Below the pieces are notes generated by a model, which saw only the letters and a program-made list of their open reading frames with translations, was not told where the DNA came from and ran no database searches. A stretch of 64,000 nt of DNA from Antedon mediterranea. Its lineage: Eukaryota; Animalia; Echinodermata. This document shows positions 1 through 13,039 of the stretch, piece by piece. The translations under genes and the position numbers were made by a program. The first letter of the stretch is position 1. The number at the start of each line of letters is the position of its first letter. Where the stretch lies: positions 12,085,812 to 12,149,811 of the forward strand of contig NC_092675.1 of assembly GCF_964355755.1 (NCBI RefSeq), given 5' to 3'.

Positions 1-444
1 AAAATAGATCGTGAAGATAATTCGTACCCTTTTGCTGTCGATACACAGTACACGACGTAACGCGTCAGTAAACTTCGCCTGGAAAGTAACTACAGTACAC
101 ATTCTGGTCCCTGGGTGGAACATGATATCACGCGTAAACTGCCGGGCCCAATGTTAAACGATTCGTACAAAGGGACACCACCAGACAAGAGCATACCTAT
201 TGTTTATTAGATCGCTGGCAATAATGCATGCATAATAAAGTGTAATAGCCCTCCGACGTACTAACAAAAATGGAACTTCGCGGTTTTCTAGTCGCTGAAG
301 CTACGAAGTGAACGCGAATGATTTTTACTTTATATTATATTCCCCGACGAAAAGTACTCACGTTCCCCGACGTGGGGGCTAGGCTCCCCGACGAGGGGCT
401 ACAGCCCACGTAGCCCCCCCCCCCACCCACTGGCGCCACCAATG
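1..444. mobile_element. Right end of a non-autonomous DNA transposon related to the 1321-2370 element
   Basis: 158-260 is similar to 1665-1765. There is a C-rich subterminal tract, and the element ends where the Gypsy frame begins. Confidence 0.5.
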
Positions 445-645
445 AGAGATATCACTCTTAACATATTACAACACAGAAAAACCGACCATAATTCAAGTTG
501 ATGTGTCCCAGGCTGGTTTAGGCGCAGTATTATTGCTAAACGGCAAACCTATTGCATGCGCAAGCAAATGACACGGAGAGGCGCTACACGAACATTGAAA
601 GAGAAATGTTTTCACAAATTCTTGTACGGCAAATATTTTGTCTAT

Positions 646-1273
646 GGCTGTGTTTATACAACACCCTAAATTTGAACACGTCTTTAATTTTTAGCGTGTT
701 GCACGGGCCGAGGTCAACCCCACAAAAACCTTGCAGTTATACATTAAATCGTAATACCGTATTATACCATAGTTCATAATCCTAAGTTGTATATATACTC
801 GCATGCATTATGAATTAATATTAGTTTATTAAGGATTTTAATAAAACGGATGATTTCGTTTAAAATTTAGTTTATTCAGTTATTGATTTTTTAAATCTGC
901 CTTTGAAATTAAAAAAAAAATGTTTTAGAATTAGGATACAACTAAGCTACATTTTGCCAAATTATGCCAACATTAATTAGCGTTAATGTTAAGTGCTAAA
1001 TCAGTTAAAATATGCAAAAAAAGCACAATTATCTACTAGATTTGGTCAACATTTTCACAGCACATACTTATATTTAACGAGAGGTCAAAACAATACCCTG
1101 AGGACACTTCCAACACGGCAACAGCAACCGGGAATCAAAAAATTTTAGGATTCAGCCAAGTAGCCTTTTTTGCAATTAAAATCTCATTACACGGAATCTC
1201 TTCAATGTTATACAACACACTTCTCGTAGGCGTGTTGAATATGCGTGTAATAGCGTGTTGTATAAACGCGCCC
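646..1273. mobile_element. MITE with GG termini and AT TSD (ISL2EU/Harbinger-like)
   Basis: TIR GGCTGTGTTTATACAACAC / GTGTTGTATAAACGCGCCC, flanked by AT on both sides. Removing it rejoins the Gypsy sequence. Confidence 0.7.
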
Positions 1274-1320
1274 ATTGAGTCGGATCATAAACCGCTTGAA
1301 AACATTCAGTATAAGGACTT

Positions 1321-2370
1321 CAGGCCCGTAGCCAGGGGGGGTTTTTATGGTTCGGGCGAATCCCCCCTTACAGCGAACCCCCCTTAACCAACTGCGAACC
1401 CCCATCCCCGACATGCCCAATACCTCACCCTCATCTCCAAAAATCCTCCAAATACGTGCCCCACAGTACAAAAAGTTGTTTGTAAATTGAAAAATTCGTA
1501 AACTTGTTCGTGAACCTTCTTCTCTGTATGAGCGTCAACTAGTGATACGTGTCTGTAAATTTCTAAAAGCTGCAAATGAATTGCCGATTTTAACCTGAAA
1601 AATAAATGTTTGGTCCCTGCATGTAACATGATATTGACGCGTCTCATGGCGAGCTGGCGCACGAACGATTCGTACAAAGGACACCGCCAGACAACTGCGT
1701 ACCTATAATTGTTTAGATCGCTGGCAGTCAGGCAGCATGCATAAAGTATATAGCCTTCCGACGTACATCAGTATTTATGTGTGACTATGAAGTATAATGT
1801 ATCATAGAGGATTATAGTGAATATTAATATTTTACACTATAATATCTATGTAGTTCACAGTATGGCATCCGATTATTTTTTTCTAGACCACCAGCCGATA
1901 CGTACTAAAATGTATCAATATCACCTATTTACATATTTATATTCCTCAACAAATTGCTGTAAATAAATATTATAGATAGAGCTAGCAAATAGCATTTGCC
2001 TTCACCCAGTGTGCTTTTTTCGGGGCTGCTCCTAGATATACGTTCGCATTGAACTTGAACGCAAAACAAAATACGGAGTAAATGATCAAACAATCGGCGG
2101 TTCCACACAGAGCACGCACATCTAACATACGGCAACAAATAGTTATCGTCATTTAAATTATCGACGTGTTTGAGGAGGCGGAAAAAAGTACGATCTTTTT
2201 GCTCATTGGTTATATAGCATGCTGCACGAGAGTGTCTTTTCCGGCCATCTAGGGGTGTCATTTAACAAAATTCGCTTCGCATCAGGCTGGGGGGGGGGGG
2301 GAGGGTAGGGGGTTTTACCCAAATATTTAGTGTCCGAACCCCCCCTTGACAGATCCTGGCTACGGCCCTG
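1321..2370. mobile_element. Non-autonomous DNA transposon with 5-bp TSD (hAT5-like)
   Basis: TIR CAGGCCCGTAGCCAGG / CCTGGCTACGGCCCTG. TSD GACTT; removal restores Gypsy codons K-D-L-A-N-T-P-P-R. Confidence 0.85.
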
Positions 2371-2825
2371 GACTTGGCAAACACACCACCGAGGTTGCAG
2401 CAACTAAAGTTATGTATGTAGCCATATGATTGTAAAGTAGTATACCGACCAGATAAAGGAATGATGCTTGCAGACATGTTGTTCAATCGATTTAGAACAG
2501 ACTATACATATGGTCACTTTCTCTAAGGAAAGAGACAAAGAGATACAACTGAAAACTTCGCTGGATGAGGAACTTGCGTTATTAGCGAAAATAGCAATTG
2601 ACGGATGGCCGAATGTTCCTAAAAAAGTTCCAAAATTTATTAGAAACTACCATTCCTGTAGAGAGGAAATATCGGTTGAGAACGGCATAATTTTGAAGGG
2701 TGAATGTTTAATTATCCCTAAAGCAATGCGAAAAGATATGTTGCACAGAATTCATGAAGGACATCTTGGTATAACAAATATGACATGAACAGATAATTTG
2801 CAATAACCTCTGAATCTTATATTAA

Positions 2826-3061
2826 TGTTATATTGGCATATATCTCTATGCTACATAATAACAATATAAAATTTTGGATTTTGATAAAACTGTTTTTTGA
2901 TTGAAACTGATTACACTTTTGAGTAATGTTATTACTACGTAAGCGTGGTGTATCAAGACACTACATGTACACTTCGCTATCGTTAGTGAATAAAGAGCAT
3001 ATCAAGATTGTTACAATATCGTGTGAGTATCTATTAGTATTTAAGTAGACAATTCATTACA
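2826..3061 (+). mobile_element. Probable 3' LTR of the Gypsy element
   Basis: Follows the pol remnant. TGTT-like start (uncertain), AATAAA near 2989, ends ...CATTACA. Confidence 0.4.
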
Positions 3062-3294
3062 GTGCCCAGCAACCAAAAAGCAGTACAAGGTGTACATAAA
3101 AAATTGAAGCAATTATGTCAAGTCATAGACACTAATTGGGTCAAATCAACAGTTCTTAACACAGCAAGAAGTTCCATAGCAACCTTTGTGCTGTTAGATG
3201 GCTGCAATACCTTTGGCTCGGACCCATTTTCATGTTATCTGTCCCTAATGATTAACTTTCAAACGGTAATCTTTCTATTCCTTATTATATTTAC

Positions 3295-3378
3295 CTGTCA
3301 TCTCTAGCCAAGTTTCGTTGTGGTATCCGATTAAGTTCCATTTCAAGTTCTTGAACAAGACCTTGCCATCCATCAGCT
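3295..3378 (-). CDS. ASNSD1: ASNSD1 exon (84 nt); the remaining 3' exons lie beyond the window start
   Basis: ccatag|A GCT...GAC AG|gtaaat. Encodes ADGWQGLVQELEMELNRIPQRNLARDD(R), like [26 protein letters not shown]. Confidence 0.94.
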
Positions 3379-5889
3379 CTATGGATTAAACAAAGCACGA
3401 CATATATTATATCTGTCCCTATATCTGTCCCCATCTGCTTTCAGACTACTTCTTTTGGAGACACATGTTCAAGGATACTTGTGAACATAAAAGTCAGTAA
3501 CCAAATTTACCATTTTGTTGGCTCTATTTTACCACCTGAAAAGAAAAAACACAAGTTTCTTTGAATTTATTTTAAAATTGACAGCAAAATTCAGACAGAA
3601 AGGTGCTTGTTACAACCGTTAATGTAGAAAACGCCAGCTAATGTCGAAACAACCGTTAATGTAGAACAACCCACCGCTTATGTAGTAAAACCTCCAGCTT
3701 ATGTAGAAACACCAACAGCTTATAGTACAGTCAATCTAATGATATACCCACCACAAATTGCAATAGTAACAAAGCTAGTATTTTTTAATTCTATATAATG
3801 TGTAGAACGACATACTAAAAGTCACCGAAAATCCAAGCATTGGGTCAAGGGGTCAGAGGTCAATAAAGGTCATTTTAAGTCAAAATTAATATGCCCCATT
3901 AATTACATAACCATTTAAAATACATTATATACAAGTGGGATTTATGTCATTCGAAAGCTTATTAAATTTCCTATTCAGTGATATCCAACTTATAGTCATA
4001 ACATTTTATTTAGAATGTCATTTTTGTGGAAAAACAAAACATAATGTGTCAATTTTGGCTAAAAATGTTGTTTTCGCTGTAAACAACAATGGTATACACA
4101 CAGGGATACCCTGGGGTGAACATTTCAGTCCAACGCGATACACATGACCAGTTCAAGATGCAGATGAGTGACATCTCCATTCCTGTTGCTTCTGGATGAT
4201 CTACTTTCCATTTTTCCAGATGGCATTTGTGTTGCCATGGTTACAGTATTTATATTGGGATGTATAAGTATTTTAACGATTTTTTAACCAGTAGAAATAC
4301 AAAGATGTTCAACAGCAGTTTGACAATGACCTCCATGTTGTATGACGTTCGGACCATCTGGGCTGGATTGTCAACAGACCTGGTGATTGAAAAAGTTTCT
4401 ATGAGAAGCCTCAAAGAAAACCAGAGGTTTGACAAGAGAATATAGGAATGCGTACATCCAGACCAAATCTGCGCTGAAATGTATGTAATGCCTTGTAATA
4501 GTATCAGGGCGTTACTTCAGCAGCGGCCAACATAAGACCTTATGGCCACACGTCAGGAACACAATGGCAATTGAAAAATCCATTTGGTTACGACTCAGAG
4601 ACTTCATACCATTGACACGGGAGTTACTGCAGGTGACTCGGAATATTAGCAATGTGGTATTAAGCATTGAATATTTTGGCCAGAAAGTCTTGCAATGTAT
4701 TCAAGATCCTGCCAATAAAGTCATATGTGTGCATCAATCCTACAGTTCCAGAGGAGACTCGAGGTGACTTTGTTATCCACCAACACTTTTTGAAACTACC
4801 AAATACTTTCAGCTAATAAACCAACATGATGCCACATGGAAAAAACTTCTTCTGAATAGTCTAATACATCCAACTCACTGAATGATGTCCAGTAGGCCTA
4901 CATTTTAGATGGTAGTGCTCTACTGCACAGCATTCCATGGAATAGTGTAGATCTGTAAAAAATATTGCTCTGCATAGTCTTTGATAATTATGAAAGCGGC
5001 TCATCCACCAAAGACGGCGCACATGGTAAGGCGGGTGAGGTGGTAGTGTCCCTGTACATTTTACCAGTGACATGTTCCACAAAATAGGATCACTTTCTGT
5101 AACAAACAACAATTTATAAATCTTCGTAACTAGTATTTAAACAACATGGCAATGAGTGAATGCAGCTGCTGATGCAGATGTTCTTTCGGATAGTACAAAA
5201 AACCATTGAATCAGCAAACAGGAAAACATCTGTCATTATCTGATGACACGGATCTACTAGTGCTCCTCTGCAGTCAAGCATTTAAAACATCTTGTGATAT
5301 TCTTTAGACTGGAGCTGAGATGCTGGACTATCAAACTGGTTCAAACAGTACTTTTGAGAGACATCTGTGATAACCTTCTGTTTGCTCATGCGATACTGGT
5401 GACACAACATCCAGAGTTTTCGGAATTGGAAAACAAGTGGCTCTAAAAAAAGCTTGTCATTGCACTTATTTCTGACATTATGCTGTAGTCTTCAGATGTA
5501 AACAGAAAATGGTTTAATGCGTCTGTACAATGGACTACCTGGACAACGTGGAATGCCTTTGACTCCATCCCATCTACAAGTACAACCTCGCATATCGCCA
5601 ACTTCATAATCCTACCACAACCAAGGTACTTAACATCATGTTCAAGTTCAAGTTATCTTTTAGCAATGGAGTGGGGTTGATATGTGTACCGAGGATTGGG
5701 GATGGAAGATCAGATGATGGAAACATGGTTCCTCTACACACAGACTTAAAGTCAGAACCTGAGTATCTCCTTGAAGCATTCAGAGGTAACTAGAACTACA
5801 TGTGGTGAATGCAATGGCATTGCACTGTACTAATACCCGAACAAGAAAGTGATACTGATGACATATAAGTTGTGAGTCCTTTTCTATTT

Positions 5890-8402
5890 GAAGGATTAAA
5901 CAATATCATCCCACACGGAGCAATTCAAATAAAAAGGTCTGGATTAAAATGATCTTACAAAATATACAAAAATATCACAATATACAGTACAATATAACAA
6001 GAGTCAAAGTTCAAGAATTTAAGAGTCAGATGGCAACTGGCAAAAACGAATTTCTTTTCCAGTTTGTTCTACATGCCGGGCATTGAAAGCGACGCCCATG
6101 AGGCATGAGCTCGAAATCACTGAACAAGGCATGGTTAACATTTTTTAGAATATAGCTCTACTTTTTTCTAGAGTTTGCATGTCACACAAGGAAGATAAGC
6201 TACGAAGTTGACAACCTATTAATTTAGAACTTAAGTTAACAATTCTTTGTAGTGAGTTTCTCTCTTTGACCCTAAGACTAAAAAACCAGCATATAAAGGA
6301 AAAAAGTTAAAACGTTCTCAATAAAGGAATTATAAAAAACCATGAGAATTACTTTATCAACATTAAAATGGTTCAGCTTCCTTAACAGATAAAGTCTCTG
6401 CTGTCCTTTCTTTACTATTGCCTCTGTATTTAATTCCCAGCTGAGATTGTCCTCAAATATAGTACCTAGGTATTTAAAGGGGGATTCTGGGTTTAAAATT
6501 GCTTTTAAATATCGTTTATTTATTAAATAAAAAACATTATAACAATATAGACATGTCAGAATGAAGAAGTAATAACGAGAAATTAAAAAAATTAAATTTC
6601 ATATACATTTTAGGGTAAATTCATGGAAAGTCTGTTTTTCAGCAGCTTAGGGAAGCTCATTAATATTCATGAGATATTCACAAAATCACGTCATCAGTGG
6701 ATTCCAAACTCGCGACGTCAAGCTTGTACGTTATGTTCTCTCTCCTCTGTCAAACGATGACCACCCGATCATTGTGAAATACATTTTTTTGTAGATTTGC
6801 TAAGCTAGGCCTAAAGTGTAATAATAACAGTAGTAGCATATATTTATTTGACATTTAATGAAATACAAAATTTAGTACAGATTATAACGGAGTCATAAAT
6901 TATACTATTTTTATACCTCGAATTAATAGTACAGATTGTATATCGGCTTCACGTACTAGTAGGCTAGGCCTAGCCTAAATCATTTTATTCATGCCGGGGT
7001 GAGAGCCATTTCTGACTAGGGATTCCATGCCACGATGGCTACGTTAAAACATTGCATTGGGGCCGGCCATCATTCATGGGCCTAGCTAGCCTATTACTAA
7101 ACGATTGGCCCATAAATAACAAAACTCAGTGGATTCCAAACCCATCCTATCAAAACCAAACTCCTAAACAATCTAGGCCTAAACCTAAAACGTTCTACAA
7201 AAATCGGCTGTAAATATTGAGGCAAAACAAGGTCCGATCGCCGTCCGCACGTCTAATAAGTAGGCCTAGTTAGTTTACTCTCCAAAAAAGCGGATACTGC
7301 ATCAAGCAAGTAGACCGGTAGTAGGAAGGAGACCTAGCTAGCCTAGCCTAGCCGATCCGGCTAGCTAGTGTAGTAGACCCTATGCGAATTGATACTACCA
7401 GGCCTTTTACTATAGGCTACACTTGTTAAAATTAGCAATACTGTACTTATGTTTACAAATATTCCAACTCTTTCATTCGAGCTATATTATCTATACCATT
7501 CCGGTAGGTTGAGTCGACCTTCAATCAAATACTGTACATCGTTCATGTTGTGATATAGACGGGGTATACTCGACCCGACCAGTTTGGTATTGTATACTGT
7601 ATCTGCTTATCACGTGACGATGCCAGGCATGGGCAGAGAGAGCACGTGTATCGTCGTCTCGCTCTCCTCGCTCAGCAGGTGGTGCAGGATTGTATACGTT
7701 ACGCTTCATTGATTTTGAAGGCTTTCCCTAAGTCAGTGCGAAAATCGGCAAACGTAAAGTGCAAACTTATCTAATTTTTCACTGTTTTGATGGATTTTCA
7801 TAGAAAATTGATTTTATAAATGGGAAGACCGACTAAAATTACATAAGATAAGTATAATTTTACAAAAGTAATTGATATGGTTAATGATAACGAGTCGTCG
7901 GAAGATTGACCATTTCACGAATTTCGTATTCTGTAACCACAGTGTGATTTTGCCGTAGCTGCACTTGTAATCTGGCCTCATTTCACAGCCTTCGTTCTGC
8001 TTCACTGGGCACTTATATAAATTGAAACTTTTACCGTTCAAGAGACAAACAAATATATTTTACATTTTTTACTATTCATTTTAAACCCGGAACCCCCCTT
8101 TAAAGGAATGGACAATATCGCTGGTTCATCATTTGTGGGGGATACCAGAGGGCTGCGTCCTTTCTCCTTCCTAAAATCTACAATTATCTCCTTGGTTTTG
8201 GTCACATTGAGTTCCAAGTAGGAGTTTCCACAAAATTGGATAAAATCATCTTATGCGGAACCATGACCGTCCTGTGAATTTTGAAGGAGAGACAGCAATA
8301 CAGTGTTGTCAGCAAATTTGAAAAGATGACTATTGTCCTGTTTGCTCCTACAGTCATCCGTATATATAATATACAGGAGAGGAGAGAAGACGCAACCCTG
8401 TG
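5890..8402 (-). mobile_element. 5'-truncated Rex1/Babar-like LINE (RT C-terminal half), interrupted by a Kolobok-like element
   Basis: QGCVFSPLLYIIYTDD..KFADNT..LELNVTKTKEIIVDFRK (8402-8104) continues as FKYLGTIFEDNLSW..KKGQQRLYLLRKL (6477-6300). Confidence 0.88.
6478..8099. mobile_element. Kolobok-like non-autonomous element, copy 1
   Basis: TTAA TSD. TIR AGGGGGATTCTGGGTTTAAAAT / TTTTAAACCCGGAACCCCCCT. A near-identical inverted copy lies at 44438-46828. Confidence 0.85.
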
Positions 8403-9619
8403 AAGATCAAATACTTGTCATTACGTACATTCGTTGATAATAAAATTATCAAAAATCTATCTATAGTAAATCATGAGTTGATTCCAAATTATCAAGACTC
8501 ATTAATTAATCAACAATAGTACATACGGCTAATGAATTTCAATTTTCTTCTAGCTAGCATCATTTTTCCTATTTCATGACGATACAATAGGTACAGGAAA
8601 AACATTATTTGCACCAAATACTTCCAAAATATAAATATAATATATATAAACATAATTTAGTTTTACGCTATTTTAAGAAAATTTGAGTTTTTGTAAAAGG
8701 TCAATGACCTTTTGACCTCTAGTTACATATAACTGTTGTATTAATTGTTTTTTTAATGTATATTATTAGTAGGATATATATACTCTACACATTGGTACTA
8801 AAGCTATTTAGATATGATTATAAAACAATGGATTATAGGCATAAACGCTACCCCCTACCCCAAAATTGTTTACATTACATTTGATCAAGAATCAATTTCA
8901 ATAAGAATAGTACATCATTACTTTTAAAATTTTTCTAGTTAACATCATGTTTCCTATTTTATATATCGATAGGTACAGATGAAACACAATTTTGATTAAA
9001 TGCATATACAATTATGGCACAATATTACAGTTAATAATTTTTTTAAGGAAAATAATGAGTTTTTGTAAAAGGCTTAATAACCTTTTGACCTCTAGTTATA
9101 TAAATAAATGTTGTATTTTGTTTTTTTAAATTGCATATTAGAAAGAAATATATATTCTACACATTGATATCAAGATTATTGAGATTGGATTATAAAACCA
9201 CAAGGTATGGGCATAAATGTTACCCCCTACCCCAAAATATTTATGGAATAAAATCACTATATAGTTGTTGAGATTACGTAAAAAATAATGTGTTCCAATG
9301 CTTCAATTTTCGGTGACTTTTAATATGTCATTATAAACTACATTTGGAATGAAAAAAATTAATGTTTCGTTACTATTGCAATTTGTGGTGGGTTTACCTC
9401 TAAATATCACTGGATTGACTGGACTATTATGTAGTAAATAAAAATCAACACCAGTTAATGTAGAAACAGTCAACAGCTTATGTAGTAACGAAAATTGCCT
9501 CCCAGCTTATGTAGTTAATATTGCCAGCTAATGTAGAAAATGTTATATATTTTACAAAAATGTCTCATTCATGTGCAAATGCATCGATCTTTACTTAGCT
9601 ATCAGTCTTTCCATCTCTC

Positions 9620-10003
9620 ATAAGCAACCAACTTTCTAAAACGACCACACATCGTAAGCAACCATCTCTGTTAAGGCACTGCTTCTCATAATCGACCACC
9701 TCTCGTAAGGGATCACCACCTCTCGTAAGGGATCACCACCTCTCGTAAACGACCACCTTTCTTAAAGACCACACCTCTCGTAAGTGACCACCTCTTTTAA
9801 AGGACCACCTCTCTTAACAACCCCACCTCTCGTAAGTGACGACCTCTTTTAAAGGACCACCACCTCTATTAAGGGACTGCTAAAAAAATCAAATTTTTAG
9901 TAAAAATTATGGGAGGTGGCCGCTTACCAGAGGTACCAAATGCACTAATTAGATAGGAAAAACAAACAGGCTTTTGAGGTGGCCGTTCACAGAGGTTCAA
10001 CTG
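9620..10003. mobile_element. Tc1/pogo-type MITE remnant with ~18-bp internal repeats
   Basis: Many gaccacctctcgtaag units. Right end GAGGTTCAACTG|TA. Confidence 0.6.
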
Positions 10004-10333
10004 TAGTAAATAGCGGCCATTTTGAATTTATGCTAATTAACTCCTCCTTCTTGATTTTGGTAAACTTTGGATATGATTGGATCAACCACACAGACACAAA
10101 TTATTATTCTGTTACAATTTGTTCTAGGTTTAACTATACTTTTACTGGACTATTGTGTGAATTTTGTTTTGTAAATCAAGTGTTTTCGTCTCAGGGCCGT
10201 ACTAGGCCTAGGCTACATCGATTTCATTGACTTCCTGCCTAGCAATTTGTTATTACCCTCAATGCTCTGATGAGAGAGATTAATCAATAGTAATGTTTCT
10301 ATATTTTAACACAATTAAGGCTTTTACATGTAC

Positions 10334-10401
10334 CTAAAGCGAGTTCTGTGCCTTGAGTAGCCGGCCAGTTGCTCATCTGCTCCCATGCCAACAAGTACCA
10401 C
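10334..10401 (-). CDS. ASNSD1: ASNSD1 exon (68 nt)
   Basis: ttgcag|GTG...TTT AG|gtac. Encodes VVLVGMGADEQLAGYSRHRTRF(R), the conserved GADE motif. Confidence 0.95.
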
Positions 10402-11504
10402 CTGCAATAAACCAACAAAGAGATAAATCGACCACATACAAAATAAAAAAAAACTGTTTAATTTATGGAACAATGAGCCCATTTTGTTGGTAGTTCTCTG
10501 GCCCCCAAAACCCAAGTATACTCTGGCTGAAAATAATTCTTTATAATAACTGGGAGGACATGCATGACATTGAAATTTTGTGGCTTGAATTTATCAGGTC
10601 AATCAGGTAGTGAGAAGTTGACAAACTTTCCGACAACCAAATTGCTTAGAGTTAAACAAGTTGGCTGTGCTGATATATCTGATCCTTCCACACTTGCTAG
10701 CATACTAAGTGATATAGGAGTATAAACTCAACACAAGATTCCTTATTCTTTCTAATTTATTATATAGTAATTTTAATCTATCTTATCAATAATTAAGCCA
10801 ACTTGTATCAGTAGTAGTACTGCTATTATAACTATACTCATATGACACCTGTCACAAGTGGTATATTCTACAGTAGAACCTCCTTATACGGTACGGGACC
10901 AATAAAAGGCATACGTAAAACATGGGATTCGTAAAATCCAGGTTGACATTAAATTGACCACCATGCCCATACAACGAAATGGAAACAAAACATTTTTATT
11001 AATATTTAGTATCAACAATCGCTAGGCTGGGCCTAGCCAACACCAGTAGTTGTAGTATATTGGTATGACAGTGTATATGTAAATGAACTGATTTATTAGA
11101 CACCGTAGTCCTATGCATTAAGCATAGAACTGCGTTGTCCTATATTATAACAATAGGGATATATCTAGATAAACATGTGTGTTTGCGGCCATTTTCTAAT
11201 TAAACGTATGTATTGTAGTTGAGATCTTCGAAACTGTGAAGAAATATATAAAGCTGTAAAAACTGTTATAAAGTGGTTATTAGAGATATATAATTTATGT
11301 TTTTTAGGAATTTTCGCCATTTGTGGCCATTTTGTTTTAAAAACCTATTTCTCCTACCTGGATTTTCTAGACTTTTAGTATGTTCATATAGGGACCTATA
11401 GAAATGCATTGTGGGGAAATAAATTCTGTTGCAACTTTTTTAACCATATTTCATAGTTTTCCTGTACTATTATATAATATCAATATGAAGTCTGACATTC
11501 TATC

Positions 11505-12590
11505 TATTGAAAGAGTGTTAGGTGTATCTCTTGGTGCATCGAAAGTGATGAGTTCAAATTTAGAGTACAACTAAATGCTTATCTCTCTACCACAAGAAAT
11601 GTTCTCAAGACCATATGCTCTATTTATGATCCATTAGGATTTATCGCTCCCGTCCTCATTGTTGCAAAGACGGTTCTTCAAAGTGTCTGCGCATAGAATC
11701 TTGATTGGGAAGATAAGTTGGGTCCCGAAGAGCAGCGCAAATGGGAGAAATGGTAGATAAAGAACTTGTATTTATACTAAGCATACCACGCTGTTACAAA
11801 CCAATCAAATTTAAAGCAGTGTCTGAAGAATGTCATCAGTTTTCTGGTGTGAGTGAAACTGCGTATGGTCAATGCTCCTACTTGCGATTGATTGATGGAG
11901 ATGGGAAGGCAGTTGCCTCCTGTTTGCTTGGCAAGGCCAGAGTAACTCCCTGCTAATAAGATTACGATACCTCATCTTGAGTTGAATGGAAGTGGTGGTA
12001 TCAGCACGAGTGAGTCATATCCTGAAGAACGAGATGGATATTAAAGTACCAATAAAGGATTACTTTTGGACTGATAGTAAAGTTGTACTACCTAATGTTG
12101 ATGATTGGCTCTACATCAATTCTTTAGATAACCAAAGTGATGAAGCAAGCCGAGGACTGACAACTCTCTAATTACTCACGACATCAAAGTGGACGAGTGG
12201 ACCTGATTTTCTGGAACAAGATAGTGAATTAAAATGTTCAAGGCAAGATGCCGTCGACGAAGAAGCAACAAATCTTGTTTCCACAGAATTTAACGCTTGT
12301 TTGCTGTTACAGCCGTAACTGCAAGTCCGACCGATGTGATTGGTAGAATACTTAAGAAGTTCTCTAAATGGACAATGTTAAAGAAAGTGATTAATCAACT
12401 TTTAAACCTGACGACAAGATTAATGCAAGCAAAAATCAAACTTAAAACTAATGGGATCATGAATGAGTTATCTGGACACCTTATTCCGACGGTTGATAAT
12501 TTGCAACTAGCAGAGACATTACACATCGTTTTGTACAACTTGAACATTACTTACCTGAATTTAATGTTTGGCAAGAGTTTAAAGATGACC
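11505..12590 (+). mobile_element. BEL/Pao LTR retrotransposon pol fragment (RT/RNase H, Peptidase_A17 region)
   Basis: ERVLGV, SIYDPLGFIAP, LDWED, SIPRCY, AYGQCSYLR, LLGKARVTP, TIPHLEL, FWTDSKVVL, DEASRG, with stops. Confidence 0.9.
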
Positions 12591-12630
12591 ATAAAAAAAA
12601 TTAAAAAAACCATAATAATGAGGTTCTTAC

Positions 12631-12751
12631 TTTAGATGGACTTGTATAAAAATTCTTGTCTTGACCCCTGGCTGCAAACCAAATTGCACAACCTATACTG
12701 TCATCAAGAACAGTATTGTGGGGATAAACTAGATCACTTATTCTAGATGAT
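12631..12751 (-). CDS. ASNSD1: ASNSD1 exon (121 nt)
   Basis: ttattgcag|A TCA...AAA|gtaag. Encodes [40 protein letters not shown]. Confidence 0.95.
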
Positions 12752-13039
12752 CTGCAATAAAGAAAAATTGCATTTGATGATTCAATACCATAATAAACAA
12801 TAATAGATGTATTTACCAAAATGGAAGACATGTAAAATGGCAATATCAGAGGTTTACAGCCAAAAGGATTCATTTAATTATAAAATATTTAAAAGACTAT
12901 CACAATGTGAATTAGATTACAAAATAAAAAACAATAAGCATTGAAATATTGGAAGCAATTTAAATGTACAATAATAATACTAGTTAATTCAATTTAATGG
13001 AGCGCTAGTTAATTCAATTTAATGGAGCGCATTGCCATC

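Larger units (their letters stand above)
445..2790 (+). mobile_element. Decayed Gypsy pol (RNase H to integrase zinc finger), split into 445-645, 1274-1320 and 2371-2790 by two insertions
   Basis: IQVDVSQAGLGAVL, RYTNIERE, IESDHKPLENI..KDLANTPPRLQ, GWP..ISVENGIILKGECLIIP..MLHRIHEGHLGI, with stops and frameshifts. Confidence 0.9.
3723..9426 (+). mobile_element. Decayed Academ (AcademX-type) DNA transposon
   Basis: TIR ~120 bp TAGTACAGTCAATC.../...GATTGACTGGACTA with 3-bp TSD TTA. Frameshifted coding remnant 4130-5870 contains WAGLSTDLVIEKVSMRSLK, DGSALLHSIPW, FDNYESGSSTKD, DADV, DDTDLLVLL, LLFAHAILG-DTTSRVFGIGK, DWGW and a Cys-rich end. Confidence 0.8.
3608..9545. repeat. ~20-bp subterminal repeat array (cagcttatgtagaaa) of an older element, split by the Academ insertion (3608-3722 and 9427-9545)
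   Basis: The same repeat unit occurs on both sides. The junction cagctta|..|ttatgtag reconstructs one unit. Confidence 0.7.

Noticed and set aside
7814-8041. Duplicated 65-75-aa ORF (also 44496-44693)
   Set aside because: The similarity reflects two copies of the same non-autonomous element. No ATG start or known domain.
10598-10725. Plus-strand 42-codon exon-like frame (GQSGSEKLTNF...DIGV*)
   Set aside because: Weak acceptor, no partner exon and no recognisable homology; compatible with chance.
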